Assembly: GCA_000388065.2 (NCBI GenBank)
Contig: KB932207.1
Reading direction: 5' to 3' (one strand)
Source of the DNA: Fonticula alba ATCC 38817
Lineage: Eukaryota > Protista > Nucleariida
DNA: 61,188 nt
This document shows, piece after piece, positions 1 to 11,825 of this stretch. Under the pieces are notes generated by a model, which saw only the letters and a list, made by a program, of their open reading frames with translations, had not been told where the DNA came from and searched no databases. The position numbers and the translations under genes were made by a program. The stretch's first letter is position 1. Each line of letters starts with the position of its first letter.

Positions 1-178
1 CCCCCCCCCCTGCACAATAAAATACCGCACAGCCAAGAGAAGGAGAGCATGCCATCGTATTTGAGGTCGCATTCCACCAAGGGAAGGCCGCATCCGGGTC
101 CCGAGCATTTCGGAGGAGAGTGACCCACATGCACACACACACACACACAGGCACACGCACGTGAGGCATTTCCCCTTG

Positions 179-1673
179 CTAGTCATCCAGCTGCGGGATC
201 GGCGCGATCAGAGCCGTCGGGGTGGCCTCCGTGGTCTCACTCGCCAGCTGGCTGGTGACGAAGTTCGGCCGCTCGAGAGAGTACGTCTCGTCGAAGAGCC
301 GCTGGCGGGAGCTGCGCTCGTGAGACGCCTTCCGGCGCTCCTTCGGGTCTGCCGACTGGTCGGCCTGCCGCAAGTCCCACCCGTCGGTCCAGGCGATCAG
401 AGCCTCGGTGGCCAGGTTGGACCGCCGACGGGCGGAGATCTGCTTGTTCTGGGTGATCCTCTTGGACTTGAGGAGGCGAGTGTGCTCGGCGCCGCTCGGG
501 GCCCGGACCGACTCAGACGGCTGGTTGGGAGACATCATGGACACCAAACGCGCCGGCCCGAGGGCGGCTTCCATGCCGCGCGGATTGTCCGGACTCATGC
601 CCGATTGAATCAGGGTCCCGGTCTCGAGGTCGGGCATGGAGGAGCCCATGAGCGCGGCCCCGGGTGAGGCGGTCACATTTAGCGAGGCCAGCGTCTGTTC
701 CAGCAGGTGCCCCAGCTCCCGCCGCTGGAAGTTCAGCACCTCGGACGGCTGCATCCGCGAGTTCGACACGCCGGGGCCGAGGGCGGGATTGATGCTGGGG
801 GTGGTTGGTTGGTTGGTTGGTTAGTTGGTCGGATCGTGTCAAAGGCGGGCCGCCGAGTGGATTGTCATTTCAAGAGTCCCAGCACCGGCACGTACAGCAC
901 CGAAATGCTGGCCACATTTCGCACGAAGTTGAGTGTCTGGGGGTTGTGCGAGCGCTTGGCCGTGTCCAGCAGCATGAGTGCATTTTTGACTGAGGTCGCT
1001 TGAGTAAGCAGATATCCGGACATGCCTCAATCTAAGCATGTATGCGAGTGTGTGCGAGTGTGCGTGCGTGCGTGCGTGCGTGCGTGTGTGTGTGCGTGCG
1101 TGCGTGCACTCGCGGGGGCAATTGTGTACCTTCGCGAACACGCCGCGCAGCCGGGCCTGCCGGTGATGGATCCATCCGAGCCGCCGGATGGCAGAGGGAG
1201 GCGGCGATTGTGCGCGAGTGCCCCTCAACCGCACGCAGAAGCGATGCACTAGTGCCAGCAGCTCCTGGAACCAGGTGCGCCCCAGAGGTGCCCCACATCT
1301 CCGGCGACGAGGCAGGAATGTGCTTGGACAGCGTCTCCCCATAGGGGCCGTGCCCGGGAAGTTTCTTGCTGAGGGGTATGCCGCGCATGGACTGCGTAAA
1401 CCGATCATCGTCCTGCTTTTTCACGGGGAACCCCCGGGCCAGGCGTGAGATGCGCCGGTGGGCGGCCGGCATGGAGAAGCGCCAGCGCTCCGGTGGTGTC
1501 GACAGGGCAGGCTTCGGTTCCGGCGCCGACACCACAGGCTGGGAGGTCTCCGCGGCATCGTCCGGATTGCCGGCACTGGCTGACGAGAAAAGGGCTCTGC
1601 CGCCTGTCGAAAGTGCCCGGACTGGCGCTCTCCGGGAGAGAAGCGCGTGGGCAGATTGCATACCGGGGCGCAT
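179..1673 (-). CDS. Hypothetical protein with a mitochondrial-presequence-like N-terminus, about 3 exons
   Basis: ATG at 1673 opens MRPGMQSAHALLSRRAPVRALSTGGRALFSSASA, which is Arg/Ser/Ala-rich and acid-free like a presequence. A GTACGT donor near 893 and a branch site plus CCCAG acceptor near 799 join ...VASISVL to INPALGPG...QLDD* in phase. The first intron (across the CA/GT repeat, ~1005-1128) has an uncertain acceptor. No family recognised. Confidence 0.45.
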
Positions 1674-2297
1674 AGTGAGCACGGTTCGCTTCTCAGTGTG
1701 TGTGTGTGTGTATATGTCCGGGGAGGGGAGGGGGGGGGAGGGGAGGAGGCGGGGCGGCGACAAGGAGGAGCACAGGTGTGTATGTATGTATCCGTCTATG
1801 TGTCTATGTGTGCGAGCAAGATAGGCGCGGAGGGGGGATGAGGGGGGCAGAGGAGGGGAGGGACCGCGATCGACTTGCAGGCGGCGCTCCGACACCAACA
1901 CAGCATGCTGGCGGAAGGATGCATCCCCAGCTGGAGCGGCCATTCGTCAATCTGGGCCATGTGTACGTGTGTGCGTGTGCCATGTGCAGGGGGGGTGGGG
2001 CGGGGGCGACGGGCGCGCAAAAGGGGGCGACGGGACACGGGGGGAAGCACCTCTCGGCTGCCAACGGGAGGCGTCAGGGCGGGCCGCGCGATTGCCAACG
2101 CTTTGGGTGGGGATCTATTGCAGTGTATTTTTGAGGAAACGAGAAAGGGAGGCGGCAGCAGGGCCGGGGGGCTGTTCCGAGGGGGAAACAAAGGACAAGG
2201 GCAGTGTGAGAGGACGCGCATTGCAGGAGCGGCGCCGAGATCCGCCTCGGCCCCGGGAGCGAGGACCGAGGGGGGCGCACGCACTTGCACGTGCGCA

Positions 2298-3134
2298 TCA
2301 GTAGCGCTCGTTGCCCTGGTGGCGGAACTCGACACGGATCTTGCGCTTCTTGTACATGTTCTCGAGCTTGGAGCGCTTCTTGCGGTTCTTCTTGTCAATG
2401 TGCTTAATGTTGACGCCCTCCTGCGGGTCGAAGCCGAGGCTGGACATTCGCCCGAGGGGGGTGGGCGTGGGGGAGGGGGGGGGGAGCGGCGAGGGAAAAG
2501 CAGGCGACGAGGTGGACGGTCAGCAGGAGCGAGGCACCCATGCACATGTGAAACGGCAGCAGCCGGAGGAGGAGGAGAAGGGAAAGGGGGAAAAGAAGAA
2601 GAAGAAAGGAGACCACACTTGCGCCGAGACACACGCACCGGTACCAGTTCATGGCGGCGAGGAGCTTCTTACGCTGGTCGACGCGCATGCCCATGCGATC
2701 CAGGCCAATCTTGTCCATGGAGAAGAGGGCCTCCCAGCTCTCCATCTTCGGGAGGAAGCGATCAAGACCGGCACCAACATGCGTGACAAAGCGCTCGAGG
2801 GTGATGCCGTCTTCGGAGGTGAGGGGGGGGGGGCGAAAAGGAAGGCAGGCGAAGAGGAAGGAGTCAGGGTGGAAGTTGGCAAGAGGGTGATGGGGGAACA
2901 ATGAGGGCGGGTTGGCGGGCGCATGGAGCGGCACGCACTGCGCTGTTCGGGGACCGTGCGGCGGGTGGGCCCGGTGACCGGGGCAAAGGGCGAGGTGGCC
3001 GCAAAGCGACGGGGCTGGCTGTGAGAAGAGGGGATGACGGCGGCCGGAGCGACGCGCAGGGCGGCGGCGGCGGCGGTGACGGGGACACGCCCCATCAGGG
3101 CACGCCCGCTCAGCGAGGCGGCGGAGAGAAGCAT
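2298..3134 (-). CDS. FYV4: Mitochondrial small-subunit ribosomal protein mS41 / Fyv4 (IGR domain), spliced
   Basis: A presequence-like N-terminus (MLLSAASLSGRALMGRV) precedes an exon reading TLERFVTHVGAGLDRFLPKMESWEALFSMDKIGLDRMGMRVDQRKKLLAAMNWYR, matching the IGR/SAM-like Fyv4 pattern. The basic last exon reads LGFDPQEG...KKNRKKRSKLENMYKKRKIRVEF...Y*. Confidence 0.7.
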
Positions 3135-3535
3135 GGTCTCTCACAAATCGACAGAAGGGGAGCACTACAAGCCGGGGAAAAAAGCGGGCGGAGGTGGACA
3201 CAAGGTGAGCTTGGCGAAGGGACAGATTCGGGGCGGGGCGGGGGGGGGGGGGAAAGAAGAAGGCGCGCAAGGCCGCCAGAGGACGAGCAAATAATTGAGA
3301 GCAGCAGAGACGCCGAGAAAACGCGGCATGGGCGGGGCAGGGCGATAGAGACGGCAGTGGCAGTGGTGGCGATAGGAGTAGGGGAGGAGGGGGGGGGGAG
3401 GGGGCGAGACAGAGGGAGGCGGGGCGGAGCGAGCAGAGGAGGGGGCAGGGGAGAGATACATCTAGGAAGGCACGGGGATCTGCGATGGGTGTGGGTGCGG
3501 GACGCGACCCGGGGGTTCGCCCGTGCGAGGTGGCG

Positions 3536-3571
3536 TCGAAAAAAGGTAGGGCCCAAGCCACAGGACGCCCC
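3536..3571 (+). repeat. 36-bp direct repeat, copy 1 (tcgaaaaaaggtagggcccaagccacaggacgcccc)
   Basis: Identical to 5437-5472. Confidence 0.9.
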
Positions 3572-5436
3572 GGGGCCTCCCCGGCCCTCCCCCCCTTCTC
3601 CGCCGTGTGGCGGGCGAGGCCCGTGTGTCTGGCGCGCGCGCCCGCAAAAGAGGAGCCGACTTCAGAGGCAGCATTTAGGATATAGCGGTCTAATCACATG
3701 CCATCACATCATATCACGCCCAGGACACGCGTCACGTCGGCAATTGTGGGCGAACACCCCGCAACCCGCGGTCGCCCCCCGACCGACACCCTCGCCCCTT
3801 GGCAGGCAGACGCCCCGGGAGAGAGGGCCAGTGAGTGGGCCCTGCTAGCCCCCAACTGGCCTGACCCCACAATGGTCGCGCACCTGCCCCGAACAAGTCA
3901 ACAGGCCAAACGCACACACACACACACACACACCCGCGCATAAATATTCATCCTTGCCTTGCACCCTCCCCTGGGCCGGATGCACATCTCCTCCGGCGAT
4001 CGGGCGCTGCCAGATTCCCATGTTTGTGCGGGCGCGTGGGGAGCCGAGGCCTGCCCTGTCTTCGGGCTTTCGTTTTTGACCGGGCCCCTGGCTGCCCACG
4101 CGCTCAGACGGCTTGTCGATCGCCTTTGCCCTGCCCGGCCCCGTGCCCGGGCCCTATCGACTGCACGGTGTATGGCAAGCTAATTGGAGGGCTGCCGTCG
4201 CCTGGTGTTCGCCGAGCCATTGCGCATGCGGTCTCGGCAGCCTCGGGAGACCCTTCGACGCCTGGGCGAGGAGGAAGTCGTGGTTGGTATGCGTGTGTGT
4301 AGTCTGTGGCGTTGGGCGCCCACGAGAGGGAACGCGTGGACGCGTGTTCCCGGGGGCGCCTTCATCGGCGACAGCCAACCAGAACTCCCTGACACATGCC
4401 CGACCTTTGTTTGCGACCGGCCTGGGGCTCATCATCTGGCAGACGGTGCGAGTCATTGGGAAGGTGCCCCCTCCCCCCGGCAGGCGCCTCATCGGGTGCC
4501 AGGGCGGACGCCAGGAGGTCCTTGCGATGAGGAGCACGGGGGGGGGGGGGGGGCGGCGGCGACTGGGGGCGCCCCTCCACGAGGCATCGGCCGTTCGGCC
4601 CCCCTCGGCCCCCTGCCCTCCTGCATGGGCCCCCTGCCTTGGTGCGGTGAATGGCCCCCCTCCCNNNNNNNNNNNNNNNNNNNNNNNNNNNNNNNNNNNN
4701 NNNNNNNNNNNNNNNNNNNNNNNNNNNNNNNNNNNNNNNNNNNNNNNNNNNNNNNNNNNNNNNNNNNNNNNNNNNNNNNNNNNCGGTGAGCGCGCATGCC
4801 ACAGCCCGACAGAGCTGGCGCAGGGGCCGGGTGGCCCTGAGGGAATTCTATCGCGCCTCCCCCCGCTCCCGGCAAGCGGCGGCCAGCCGGGTGTCAGAGT
4901 CCGGCACCTCCTGCAGGCGGCCAGCGCTGCCATGCGCGCTCTCTGTCAGGGCAACTTACCATGGCAGGGATGCTGTAGTCGGCACGGGGGCATATGATCT
5001 CCCCACATTGGCATGATGTGCGTCCTCTGTCGCCGGAGCCGGCCTCGCTGCTGTGTCCGCGGCCGCCGCCCGTGTGGGCCCTTCGCCGGGCGCCGGAGCA
5101 GTCAGTCTCCATGCCCCGCCGCCTTCTTAATCCGGCGCCCCTCCGCGGCCCTGCCCTGGCCCCGGGCTCCGTGCCCCGCTTCCAGCCTGAAGCGGTATCA
5201 CTTCATGGTGTGCCACGCAGGCATGCTCCTTTCAGGGCAACAGGAGCCCCCCCCCCCTCCCCCCCGCCCCCGGCCTCGGTGTTGGTGCGGCTTCGCCGCT
5301 TCATGTCGGGAGGGCTCCACTTCATTAACTTGCCGTGGCGCCATCCCGCGCGTGTATAAGTACGGCCAACTTGGAAAAGGGCCTCTGCGCCATGGCTTCC
5401 AGCACACTTCCTCCCCGCTCTCTGTCTGCCCCCCCC

Positions 5437-5472
5437 TCGAAAAAAGGTAGGGCCCAAGCCACAGGACGCCCC
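5437..5472 (+). repeat. 36-bp direct repeat, copy 2 (abuts an N gap)
   Basis: Identical to 3536-3571 and runs directly into the gap at 5473. Confidence 0.9.
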
Positions 5473-5928
5473 NNNNNNNNNNNNNNNNNNNNNNNNNNNN
5501 NNNNNNNNNNNNNNNNNNNNNNNNNNNNNNNNNNNNNNNNNNNNNNNNNNNNNNNNNNNNNNNNNNNNNNNNNNNNNNNNNNNNNNNNNNNNNNNNNNNN
5601 NNNNNNNNNNNNNNNNNNNNNNNNNNNNNNNNNNNNNNNNNNNNNNNNNNNNNNNNNNNNNNNNNNNNNNNNNNNNNNNNNNNNNNNNNNNNNNNNNNNN
5701 NNNNNNNNNNNNNNNNNNNNNNNNNNNNNNNNNNNNNNNNNNNNNNNNNNNNNNNNNNNNNNNNNNNNNNNNNNNNNNNNNNNNNNNNNNNNNNNNNNNN
5801 NNNNNNNNNNNNNNNNNNNNNNNNNNNNNNNNNNNNNNNNNNNNNNNNNNNNNNNNNNNNNNNNNNNNNNNNNTCCCCCCCACTCGCCCTCCTCCGGACA
5901 GCCCCCGTTGCATGCTCCATCCGCCAGC

Positions 5929-6750
5929 ATGTCCGACGAAGTGGCTCACATTCACATTTTCGACCCTCAGGGCGAAGAGTGGCCCTCACCTCTTCAAATC
6001 GGCCTGCTGACAGTTGTATGCCTGTCAATCGCCTCGGTGGTGATCGGCGTGGCCTCTTACATTGTTGTGAGTGGCATTCGCCAGCGGCGCCTCCAGGCGG
6101 CCAAGGAGCTGGCCGAGAAGGAGGCCTACGACCGGCGTATGGCCAACTGGTCGAACCCCGGCGACCCGCCGAAGCCCCTGCCCCCGACCTCCTGCCTGTA
6201 TGGGGTATTCGACATGGAGGCCCAGCGCCCGGTGGTGGAGGCCAGTGCCGCGCGGGCGGCCGTCGCTCTGACCATCGGCCAAGGCCCCGGCATGGGGTCC
6301 GACACCGCGTCGGCTCCAGGCTCCGGTCAGCATCGGCACCTGGCCGCCCGGCCATCCATCGAAGCCGGCGCCGGGTGGAACTCCCCGCCGATGGCGGCCG
6401 CCGCCAGCATGAGCAAGGACCCTGTCGGGGGGCCCCCCTCGCCGAGCGGCTCGCTCCACGCTTCGGAGCCGGACTACAGCCAGACGGCCGCCCGGCTGCT
6501 GAGCAGTGGCGACTCCTCGGCCGCGGAGTACGGCGGCCCGGCGGCCGGGAACCCGGCCTCCTACACCCCGCCCTCGTACTTGGCCCCGCCGGCTTTCAGC
6601 GACGCGCTGCTGGAAGGCGAGCTGCTCGAGGCCGGTCCCAGCACCCACGATCTGGCCTATGGCCACCCGGAATCGTCGACCATCTACTTTGACGTGGCCT
6701 CCGGCCAGTCGGAAATCTCACTCGGTGGCAGCCGGCTACTGGCCCCCTGA
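5929..6750 (+). CDS. Single-pass membrane protein with a cytosolic PPxY motif (273 aa, intronless)
   Basis: ATG at 5929 (MSDEVAHIH). One hydrophobic segment (IGLLTVVCLSIASVVIGVASYIVVSGI) is followed by the basic stop-transfer RQRR and a disordered tail containing YTPPSYLAPPAF. Confidence 0.65.
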   Translation: MSDEVAHIHIFDPQGEEWPSPLQIGLLTVVCLSIASVVIGVASYIVVSGIRQRRLQAAKELAEKEAYDRRMANWSNPGDPPKPLPPTSCLYGVFDMEAQRPVVEASAARAAVALTIGQGPGMGSDTASAPGSGQHRHLAARPSIEAGAGWNSPPMAAAASMSKDPVGGPPSPSGSLHASEPDYSQTAARLLSSGDSSAAEYGGPAAGNPASYTPPSYLAPPAFSDALLEGELLEAGPSTHDLAYGHPESSTIYFDVASGQSEISLGGSRLLAP

Positions 6751-7125
6751 AGAGAGTCGCCCTCGGCCCGCGGACGCTTCACCAGCCCGGTACACACCCG
6801 ACCACCTTGCCAATGTACACCACGAAAATGGGAAAAGAAGGGAAAGAGTCCCCCATGTGCCCTGGCCTCGGGTCGGTGCTTCAGCCAGGGCGTGGCGGGT
6901 GGCCCGCCGATGCCGCACCCTGCCCTTCGGGCGGGAGTCTTCCTGGTGCATGTGCATGGGTGCTTGTGCATAGTCCTGCTCAGACATCCCCTTGAGGAGG
7001 GCCCAGGGGGAGGAGGGGCGAGAGAGAGAGAGAGAGAGGCAGATGGAGAAAGGGGGAAAAGTCTATATTTTGGGAGAAGAGCAAAGCGAGGCCGCCAGGG
7101 GAGACGCGTCCCAGCCATGTGGGAG

Positions 7126-10100
7126 CTACTTGGCCGCCACGCGGGCCGGCCGCGCGGGGGCTCCCAGCGGCGAGGAAGTCACCCGGAGGATGATCGCAAC
7201 AACGGCATCGGCGATGACATCCGCCAGGGCCCCGTTCCCGGTGGACCCGGCACCCGTCCAGCTGAGCTCCACACTTCCGAAGGCCAGATCCGGATCGGCA
7301 AGCAGGGCCTTCGAATCGTCGGCCGGAGGCGGGACATATGACAGCCGGACGGTTTCCATCACCTGCGAGTGCGATGGCGCATAGGGGCATGTGCGCGGCC
7401 AAGCCCACCACCCGACCGGAGGAGGGCATGATGGGAAGAGGAGAGGGAGGCATGAGGAAAAAAAAAAGGCCCAGCGTGAGTGTGAGCAAGAAAAGGGCGC
7501 GCAGAGCGCGAAAGGGAAGCCCCCCCCCACCCCCGCGGAATGTGCCAGGGCCCCGGCCCCGGCAAACCGGCCCAGGTGGATGGCCACATGCGCACCTCGA
7601 AATCCACCGAGTCCGGCAGTCGACGCATGTCCACCCCGCGATCGGCCGGGTCGACCAGAGGCCGAACCGAGTAGATGGCCGCCAGGGCTCGGACCACCCG
7701 GCGCCAGATCCGGCCACTTGCCGGCGGCTCGGCCCCCGGTTTGGACGGCGCCCCGAAGGAAGGGGGCCGGGTGCCAGCCGGCGGGGCCAGGGGCACGGTC
7801 AGCGACTGGGCCACCGCGCCGCCGATGTGCACCACGTGCGAGGTGAAGGCCTCCACGTCCTCCGGTGCCAGGAGGTGGGCCTGGTAGTTGCGCCGGACCA
7901 GGACCCCCTCCACCAGGACATTGTCGGCGTCGGGGCCGGCACGGGCCGAGGCGGTGCCGGGATCCCGGCCTTCGACCTCGCCATCGGGGCCCAGCTGCAC
8001 GGCCACCCGGTCGGCCAGCTTGCCAACCACCGTGGCCACTTGGGGCATCTGCACCCGCAGCGAAACTGCCTCCGTATTTTCCGGCGTGTGAATGACCATG
8101 TCCGGGCGCATGGGCCCGACGCCGGCCACCGAGAGGCTGCCCTCGGCCATGGCATGGAGCTGTGACGCAAGGCGGTCCATTTGACCCCGCTCGCCGTGCA
8201 CCAGGACCAAATGCGCCGGGGCCACCTGGGCAATGTACCCGGCGTTTTGGGTGAAGTCCACGTGTGCCGAGAAGGAGATCGACCGGACGTCCATCTTCAG
8301 GGGCTTCTGCCGGCCATCGAGGGTGGTGATGTCCGACCGGGACTTGAGGATGTGCTGAGGGCCGGGTGACCGGTGCGAGCACGCCCCACAGCCCGGCCCC
8401 ACCCGGTGGAGAGGGAATCCGGCCGAGGGGGCCCCAATGCACGTCCGATGGGGTCAGGGCAAAGACAGCGAACAGGCCCCGCGGCAACGGGCAAAGGTGT
8501 GGCAGCAGCGATGAAGCGATCGGGGGAGGGGGGCGAAAAAAAAAACAAACAACAAACAACCCCTGGCCCCAGCCAGGGGGGTTGCCCGTGTCGCACCTTG
8601 GCCAGAGTTCCCTCCACGCAGTAGCCCGCGATGATGACCATGTTCCGCTCGTCATCGCACCAGGCGTCGAAAAGCTGCCGCGAGAGGCCGCTCTGGAGCA
8701 TGCCCGGGCTGGCCACCACCACGCATGGCAGGCCGCCATCACGGCCGTCCAGCAGCTCGGCCGCTCGGTTGGTCAGCGAGGTAATGTGCCGGAAGACAAA
8801 GGGATTCCGACGCTCGACATTCATGGCCCGGCGAACGCGGTCGTTCATGGAGTTCGTCCAACGCCGGTACTCCCGGAGGCACATTTCCGCCAGCTCCGAG
8901 GCATAGTACACCGGCACATGGCGAAGCTCCGGATGCGAGGCCCAGTACTCTTCCAGGATGAGGAGAAGCTCCTGCGCACGGCCGCTGGCGAAGACCGGCA
9001 GCAAAACCCGGCCGCCTCGGTCCAGCACCGTGGTCCGGATGGCCGCGGTGAGGAGCTGCTCGCGCTCGGCGCGCGGCATGTGGTCCTGCTTGCCGTAGGT
9101 GCTTTCGCAAATGAGGACATCCACCCCGGGGGCGGCTCCATCGCCGGGGTTGCCTACCAGGGCCGGGAGCTCGGCCGCCGGCAGGTGGCGGTCCTCCTCG
9201 CGCGAGTAGTCACCCGTGTAGACCACCCGCACGCCGCCCGGGAACTCCAACGAGAAAACCGCCCCGCCAAGGACGTGCCCGGCGTAGGCCGCACTGAAAC
9301 GCACCCCGGCCACGGTGACCGATTGGTGGAAGTTCACCTCACGCGCGCGGTGGAAGCACCGGATCATGTCAGTCTCATTGAAGGGAAGCAGGTGCGAGGA
9401 GGATGACTCATCAGCATCATTGATGAGGCTCCCGCTGTGTGCGTGTGTGCGTGTGCGTGTGCGTGTGCGTGTGTGTGTGTGTGTGTATATGGGAGAGAGA
9501 GGGAGGGGGGGGGGGAAAGAGAGGGACAGACGGGCGAGTGGAGGGTGGGTCAGCAGGCGCTCGGGGTTGATGGGCAGGGCGAGAGGGGCGACCAGCCGTG
9601 CGCACCTGACACGCAGGTAATCCTTGATGAGTAGATGCCCGATGGCTTTGGTAGCATGAGTCATGTATACCGGGGCCTTGAAGCCCTTGGTCTGGACAGG
9701 TGGGCGCCGCCGGCCAAGTTGGAATGCGTGCAAACGTGTGCAGATGTGAGCATGCGCGCGTGGGTGTCGCGATCGCCGGGGAGGGGGGAGAAGAGTTCAG
9801 CCCCGCCGACTAGGTGTGGATATGTGCGCATGCGTGTGTGTGCGCGTGTGCGTGCGCGTGTGCGCATGCATGGGGCAATGGCCGATTGGGAGCTTGCCGC
9901 CTGCGTACCCGCTCGGTGAGATACGGCAGAGCGCCGATGTGGTCCAGGTGGAAGTGCGACACCAAGACCAGGTCAATCTTAGCCGGATTAATGTGGTCCA
10001 GATAGGGGAGACTCGCGGGGCCCTGGCGCCCAGGGTGGATACCACAATCCAGCAGAACCGAGCAGCCACGGAATTCCACCAGCACACAGGACCGGCCGAC

Positions 10101-10439
10101 TTCGCGTCCCGCTCCGAGAGGGGTCTACATGGATGATGGCCGACCGGGGGGTATGGTGATAGAGGTGGTCAGGCAAGGGGCGACTCATGAGCAGGGGGGG
10201 GGGGGGGGGGAGCCGAGACGGGGAGGCGGGCCAGGGCGTACGATCTTCAGGATGTCATCACCGAAGCTGAGGGCCGCCGGGGCCGAGCCATCAAGGGTCT
10301 CCCCGGGGCCGGTCGGCGCGCTCGGGTCCACCACCGAGATCCGGTGCCGGAGGAGGTGAGCCTGCTGGTTCTGGGCGTCGGAAGGGGCCGGGTCGCCTGG
10401 GTGCGGCCCGGCGCCGCCGGCCACAAGAGTGTCCTGCAT
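7126..10439 (-). CDS. CPSF3: Pre-mRNA 3'-end endonuclease CPSF73/Ysh1 (metallo-beta-lactamase/beta-CASP), multi-exon
   Basis: Motifs [22 protein letters not shown] (HxHxDH), [73 protein letters not shown] and LVLVHGE. The last exon resembles the CPSF73 C-terminus (VELSW...[13 protein letters not shown]). Confidence 0.95.
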
Positions 10440-10716
10440 ATTCCGGTGGAGAGGGGGAGGGGGGGAAGAAAAGAGGCGGGNNNNNNNNNNNNNNNNNNNN
10501 NNNNNNNNNNNNNNNNNNNNNNNNNNNNNNNNNNNNNNNNNNNNNNNNNNNNNNNNNNNNNNNNNNNNNNNNNNNNNNNNNNNNNNNNNNNNNNNNNNNN
10601 NNNNNNNNNNNNNNNNNNNNNNNNNNNNNNNNNNNNNNNNNNNNNNNNNNNNNNNNNNNNNNNNNNNNNNNNNNNNNNNNNNNNNNNNNNNNNNNNNNNC
10701 CGCTTCCCCTTCAACC
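10440..10716. promoter_or_regulatory. Probable bidirectional promoter of CPSF3 and LSM2 (mostly N gap)
   Basis: The two divergent ATGs are about 280 bp apart. Inferred from geometry only. Confidence 0.45.
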
Positions 10717-10937
10717 ATGCTTTTCTATTCCTTTTTCAAGACCCTCGTCGGGAAGCCCGTTGCCGTGGAGCTGAAAAATGGCGTTGTTATCCGTGGCGAC
10801 CTGACCAGTGTCGATCAGTTTACCAACCTCAAGCTGGAGAACATCCAGGTTGTCGATGACCACCTCTACCCTCACATGGTATGTTTGGACCTTTTCTCTT
10901 TCCATCTTCCCCTTCGGCTTTGCGCGCGCGCGCGCGC

Positions 10938-11001
<64 letters not shown>

Positions 11002-11090
11002 ACATGCAAATGCCCTTGGTTCCCCCTTGCCCACCTGCCTCCCGTCCATATCTTGCGGTCGCTCTTCCTCTTCTCTTTAGTCTCGCCCTT

Positions 11091-11127
<37 letters not shown>

Positions 11128-11426
11128 GCCCCTTTCGACACTCACCTCTCTTTCCTCCTCCCTGCCGCTCACTCCCTGCCCTCCGCTCCCGGCATTTCCG
11201 ACCCCCTCTGGCCGGCCTCTTCCCCTTCCCTCGCGTGATGCACGTGCAGTCCTCGGTCAGCAGCTGTCTCATTCGTGGCAGTGTTGTGCGCTATGTGCAC
11301 CTTCGCCCGGACGATGTGGACTGCGACCTGCTGCAGGATGCCACCCGTCGCGAGGCGGACCGCCACAAGCAGGAGGCCGCCGCGGCTGCTGCCTCGGCGG
11401 CGGCCCCGAGCGCCGGTCGCGCTTGA
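10717..11426 (+). CDS. LSM2: U6 snRNA-associated Sm-like protein LSm2, 2 exons
   Basis: MLFYSFFKTLVGKPVAVELKNGVVIRGDLTSVDQFTNLKLENIQVVDDHLYPHM, then a GTATGT intron, then SSVSSCLIRGSVVRYVHLRPDDVDCDLLQDATRRE. Confidence 0.96.
10921..11008. repeat. (CG)15-(TG)n alternating purine-pyrimidine tract in the LSM2 intron
   Basis: An uninterrupted 88-nt alternation is read directly from the sequence. Confidence 0.9.
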
Positions 11427-11825
11427 TGCCGTGTGTACCTCTCGCTGCGGCTCGTCTCTCTGGTCTTCTCCTGTTCTCGCCCAAAAATACACGGACCCAT
11501 TGCCGTCGGCCTGCCCCGGGTCCTCTGTGGCTCCTCTCCCGCATTTGAGCTGCCCCCCCCCCCCCCCCCCCCCGGTCGGGGAGAAAGCCCATGGTGGCGA
11601 GAGGGGACAAAGGAGGTGCCTCATTTCTCAAGGGTATGTGTGTATTCCATTGTGGAAGGGCAGAGACCTGCTCTGCATGGGTGGTGATGGGCTCTTGCCA
11701 GCGCGCGGGCATGGCGAATGGCCATGGATGTGTGTGTGAGAGAGAGAGAGAGGGAAGATGTCCTCCCTCCTCTCCCCTCCCGGGGCCCGCCTCCAGCGCC
11801 GCTCTCTGTCGGTGCTTACCGCGCC

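Noticed and set aside
4954-4970. ACTTACCATGGCAGGG as the 5' end of U1 snRNA
   Set aside because: It has an extra A relative to the invariant ACUUACCUG, and no convincing 70K loop, AUUGCAC loop or Sm site follows. It is better read as a minus-strand GTAAGT donor.
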